The notes beneath the pieces are model-generated. The model worked only from the letters and a program-made list of their open reading frames with translations, had not been told where the DNA came from and ran no database searches. The position numbers and the translations under genes were made by a program. Below are positions 62,562 through 64,000 of a DNA stretch of 64,000 nt, in pieces. The stretch's first letter is position 1; each line of letters opens with the position of its first letter. Source of the DNA: a virus. The stretch spans positions 64,001 to 128,000 of IMG/VR virus record IMGVR_UViG_3300045988_148900; one strand, 5' to 3'.

Positions 62562-64000
62562 ACAAATAATCCGTTGAAGATCCATACCTACCGTATACCA
62601 AGTTCGTCGGGTAATAACCATCTGACGGACGGAAATAAGTCCCAGTACCTACTGCCGTAAGACGATAGTACACCTGTACCGCAACAGTCGACTCCCAGAA
62701 CTGCGGAACCCACCTATCCGACGACGCTACCCAAGAGTTAAAACCACTCTCAATAGTCATAGTATAATCCCCGGAAACCGCCTCCAAAAGACTGGAAATA
62801 GGAATTGCAATAGCAACCTGAGCCCCACCACTACTCAAAACAAGAATAGAGTTTGACTCAATAGTCCGAGTATGACCATCGTAGGACAATACCAATGTCG
62901 CCTTCGCGTAACTTGCATAAATAGACTCCCACTCACTCGTGGGAACTACAAAGTATAAACTACCAAACTCTGTAAAACCGCGACCAGTGCGATAAACACT
63001 AAAATGGTAAATTTTATTTGATAAATTAACATTGTTGCTGAAGGTGACCGTAATGGCGTTGTCGTACTCCACATATGAAGAGCCCCCACTTGAAATCACA
63101 CGCCGCGTATAACTAAGTGTTCCCGGATAAAGACACGTCGAACCACCTGTAACAACCATACCATTAACAGCGGTATCCTTTACCGCCTTATAATGATTCG
63201 ACGCAGAAAGAGAGCTTCCCACAGAAACATCGAAATCATCTACAGAAATAGTAGTATCTACTGTCTTAGTATAACCAGAAACGTATGTCAAAACTCCATG
63301 AAGAATGAACTGATAGCGCACAACGGCATCATAAGGCTCAAGCAAAATAGAAGTCTGGACAGGACGCGAACTACCACCTGCATCCAGATCCAAATAATAC
63401 AAGGATGACTGCTCATCGTAAGTATTAGCATCCCGGGTGATATGACCCGCATCTAAGGCATAATATGACATAGCAGCCGTATAGGTAGCATGAAGACTAA
63501 AGTAAGCACCGAAGGATGCCTCAGGGACTGCTGGAACATTCTCGTCCGCAATAATAGGGCTGGCGCAAGTCAAAACATAATCTACACCGCCAACATCATT
63601 AGCCTCCGTAGTTAACCCAAGACCACTCCCATCAAAGACCATGGGATAATCCGAAAATGGATGAGAAGCCGATACTGACACTGCGAAGCCTTCCGGAAGC
63701 GTGACATCTGAACCTATATAAGCCTTCTCGATACTCCCATCTGTGTAAACCTTCTCCACATAGGGCCTATGAAACCGACAAGTGTAATTATACTGCCTAT
63801 TGTAGGCATAACGCAACTTCCGAGAAGCATGGGACGGGGACGCCATAGGCTCCTGATTCAGCAAAGGCGCAAACTGATCATCATTGCTACTCGTAAGCGA
63901 ATAAGCCTCGTAACGTATCCAACCCCAATTGCTGAAAGTAACAGCACCCTGTGAAACCGTAGTCGACGCCCGAAGCTGACCCTGCTGAACCCAAATCTCC
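62542..64000 (-). CDS. hypothetical virion protein (N-terminus beyond right window edge)
   Basis: The track start at 63864 is TTG. My translation of 63865-64000 in the same frame has no stop (…EIWVQQGQLRASTTVSQGAVTFSNWGWIRYEAYSLTSSNDDQFAPL…), so the gene continues past the window. Confidence 0.6.
   Translation of the reverse strand, partial: EIWVQQGQLRASTTVSQGAVTFSNWGWIRYEAYSLTSSNDDQFAPLLNQEPMASPSHASRKLRYAYNRQYNYTCRFHRPYVEKVYTDGSIEKAYIGSDVTLPEGFAVSVSASHPFSDYPMVFDGSGLGLTTEANDVGGVDYVLTCASPIIADENVPAVPEASFGAYFSLHATYTAAMSYYALDAGHITRDANTYDEQSSLYYLDLDAGGSSRPVQTSILLEPYDAVVRYQFILHGVLTYVSGYTKTVDTTISVDDFDVSVGSSLSASNHYKAVKDTAVNGMVVTGGSTCLYPGTLSYTRRVISSGGSSYVEYDNAITVTFSNNVNLSNKIYHFSVYRTGRGFTEFGSLYFVVPTSEWESIYASYAKATLVLSYDGHTRTIESNSILVLSSGGAQVAIAIPISSLLEAVSGDYTMTIESGFNSWVASSDRWVPQFWESTVAVQVYYRLTAVGTGTYFRPSDGYYPTNLVYGRYGSSTDYLYVTKNS

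Noticed and set aside
1-64000. Stop-codon reassignment (as in some gut phages).
   Set aside because: With the standard code the minus strand is filled almost end to end with contiguous ORFs that carry intact motifs. No gene appears chopped at recurrent in-frame TAG or TGA.
1-64000. Prophage boundaries, integrase or att sites.
   Set aside because: No integrase-like ORF, tRNA gene or bacterial housekeeping gene is visible. The window looks like phage interior throughout.

Overview
Gene-dense interior of a tailed dsDNA phage (or prophage) that most likely infects a Bacteroidota host. The host call rests on recurrent TAnnTTTG -7 boxes, absence of strong Shine-Dalgarno sites and BACON-like repeat proteins. 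All phage genes (about 75) lie on the minus strand, often with 4-20 nt overlaps. The only plus-strand gene is an IS tnpA. Modules readable by eye: (1) packaging: TerL, probable portal, SWIM-finger protein and a partial GIY-YIG homing endonuclease at the left edge; (2) replication and recombination: DnaX-like clamp loader, delta'-like subunit, possible DnaN-like clamp, Toprim protein, Dam-type methylase, SbcD/Mre11, a three-piece SbcC/Rad50, RecA-like ATPase, RuvC-like resolvase, SSB-like protein, ligase, HD/OB hydrolase, Pnk-type HAD phosphatase and MazG; (3) virion and tail: BACON/Ig-like repeat proteins and a 1240-aa modular tail fibre. Notable items: three tnpB genes, namely one complete IS608-type element and two copies of a tnpB-only element with terminal inverted repeats and 6-bp target duplications, one of which splits a phage ORF in frame. 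Also a phage-wide 22-nt promoter-like motif, with four tandem variant copies in a non-coding island that also holds a tandem repeat and G-tracts. Also a region-2-only sigma-like protein, a 950-aa radical-SAM-like protein and a bacterioferritin-like protein. The coding strand is strongly T/G-rich and C/A-poor. Functions are read from motifs by eye and no database search was run.
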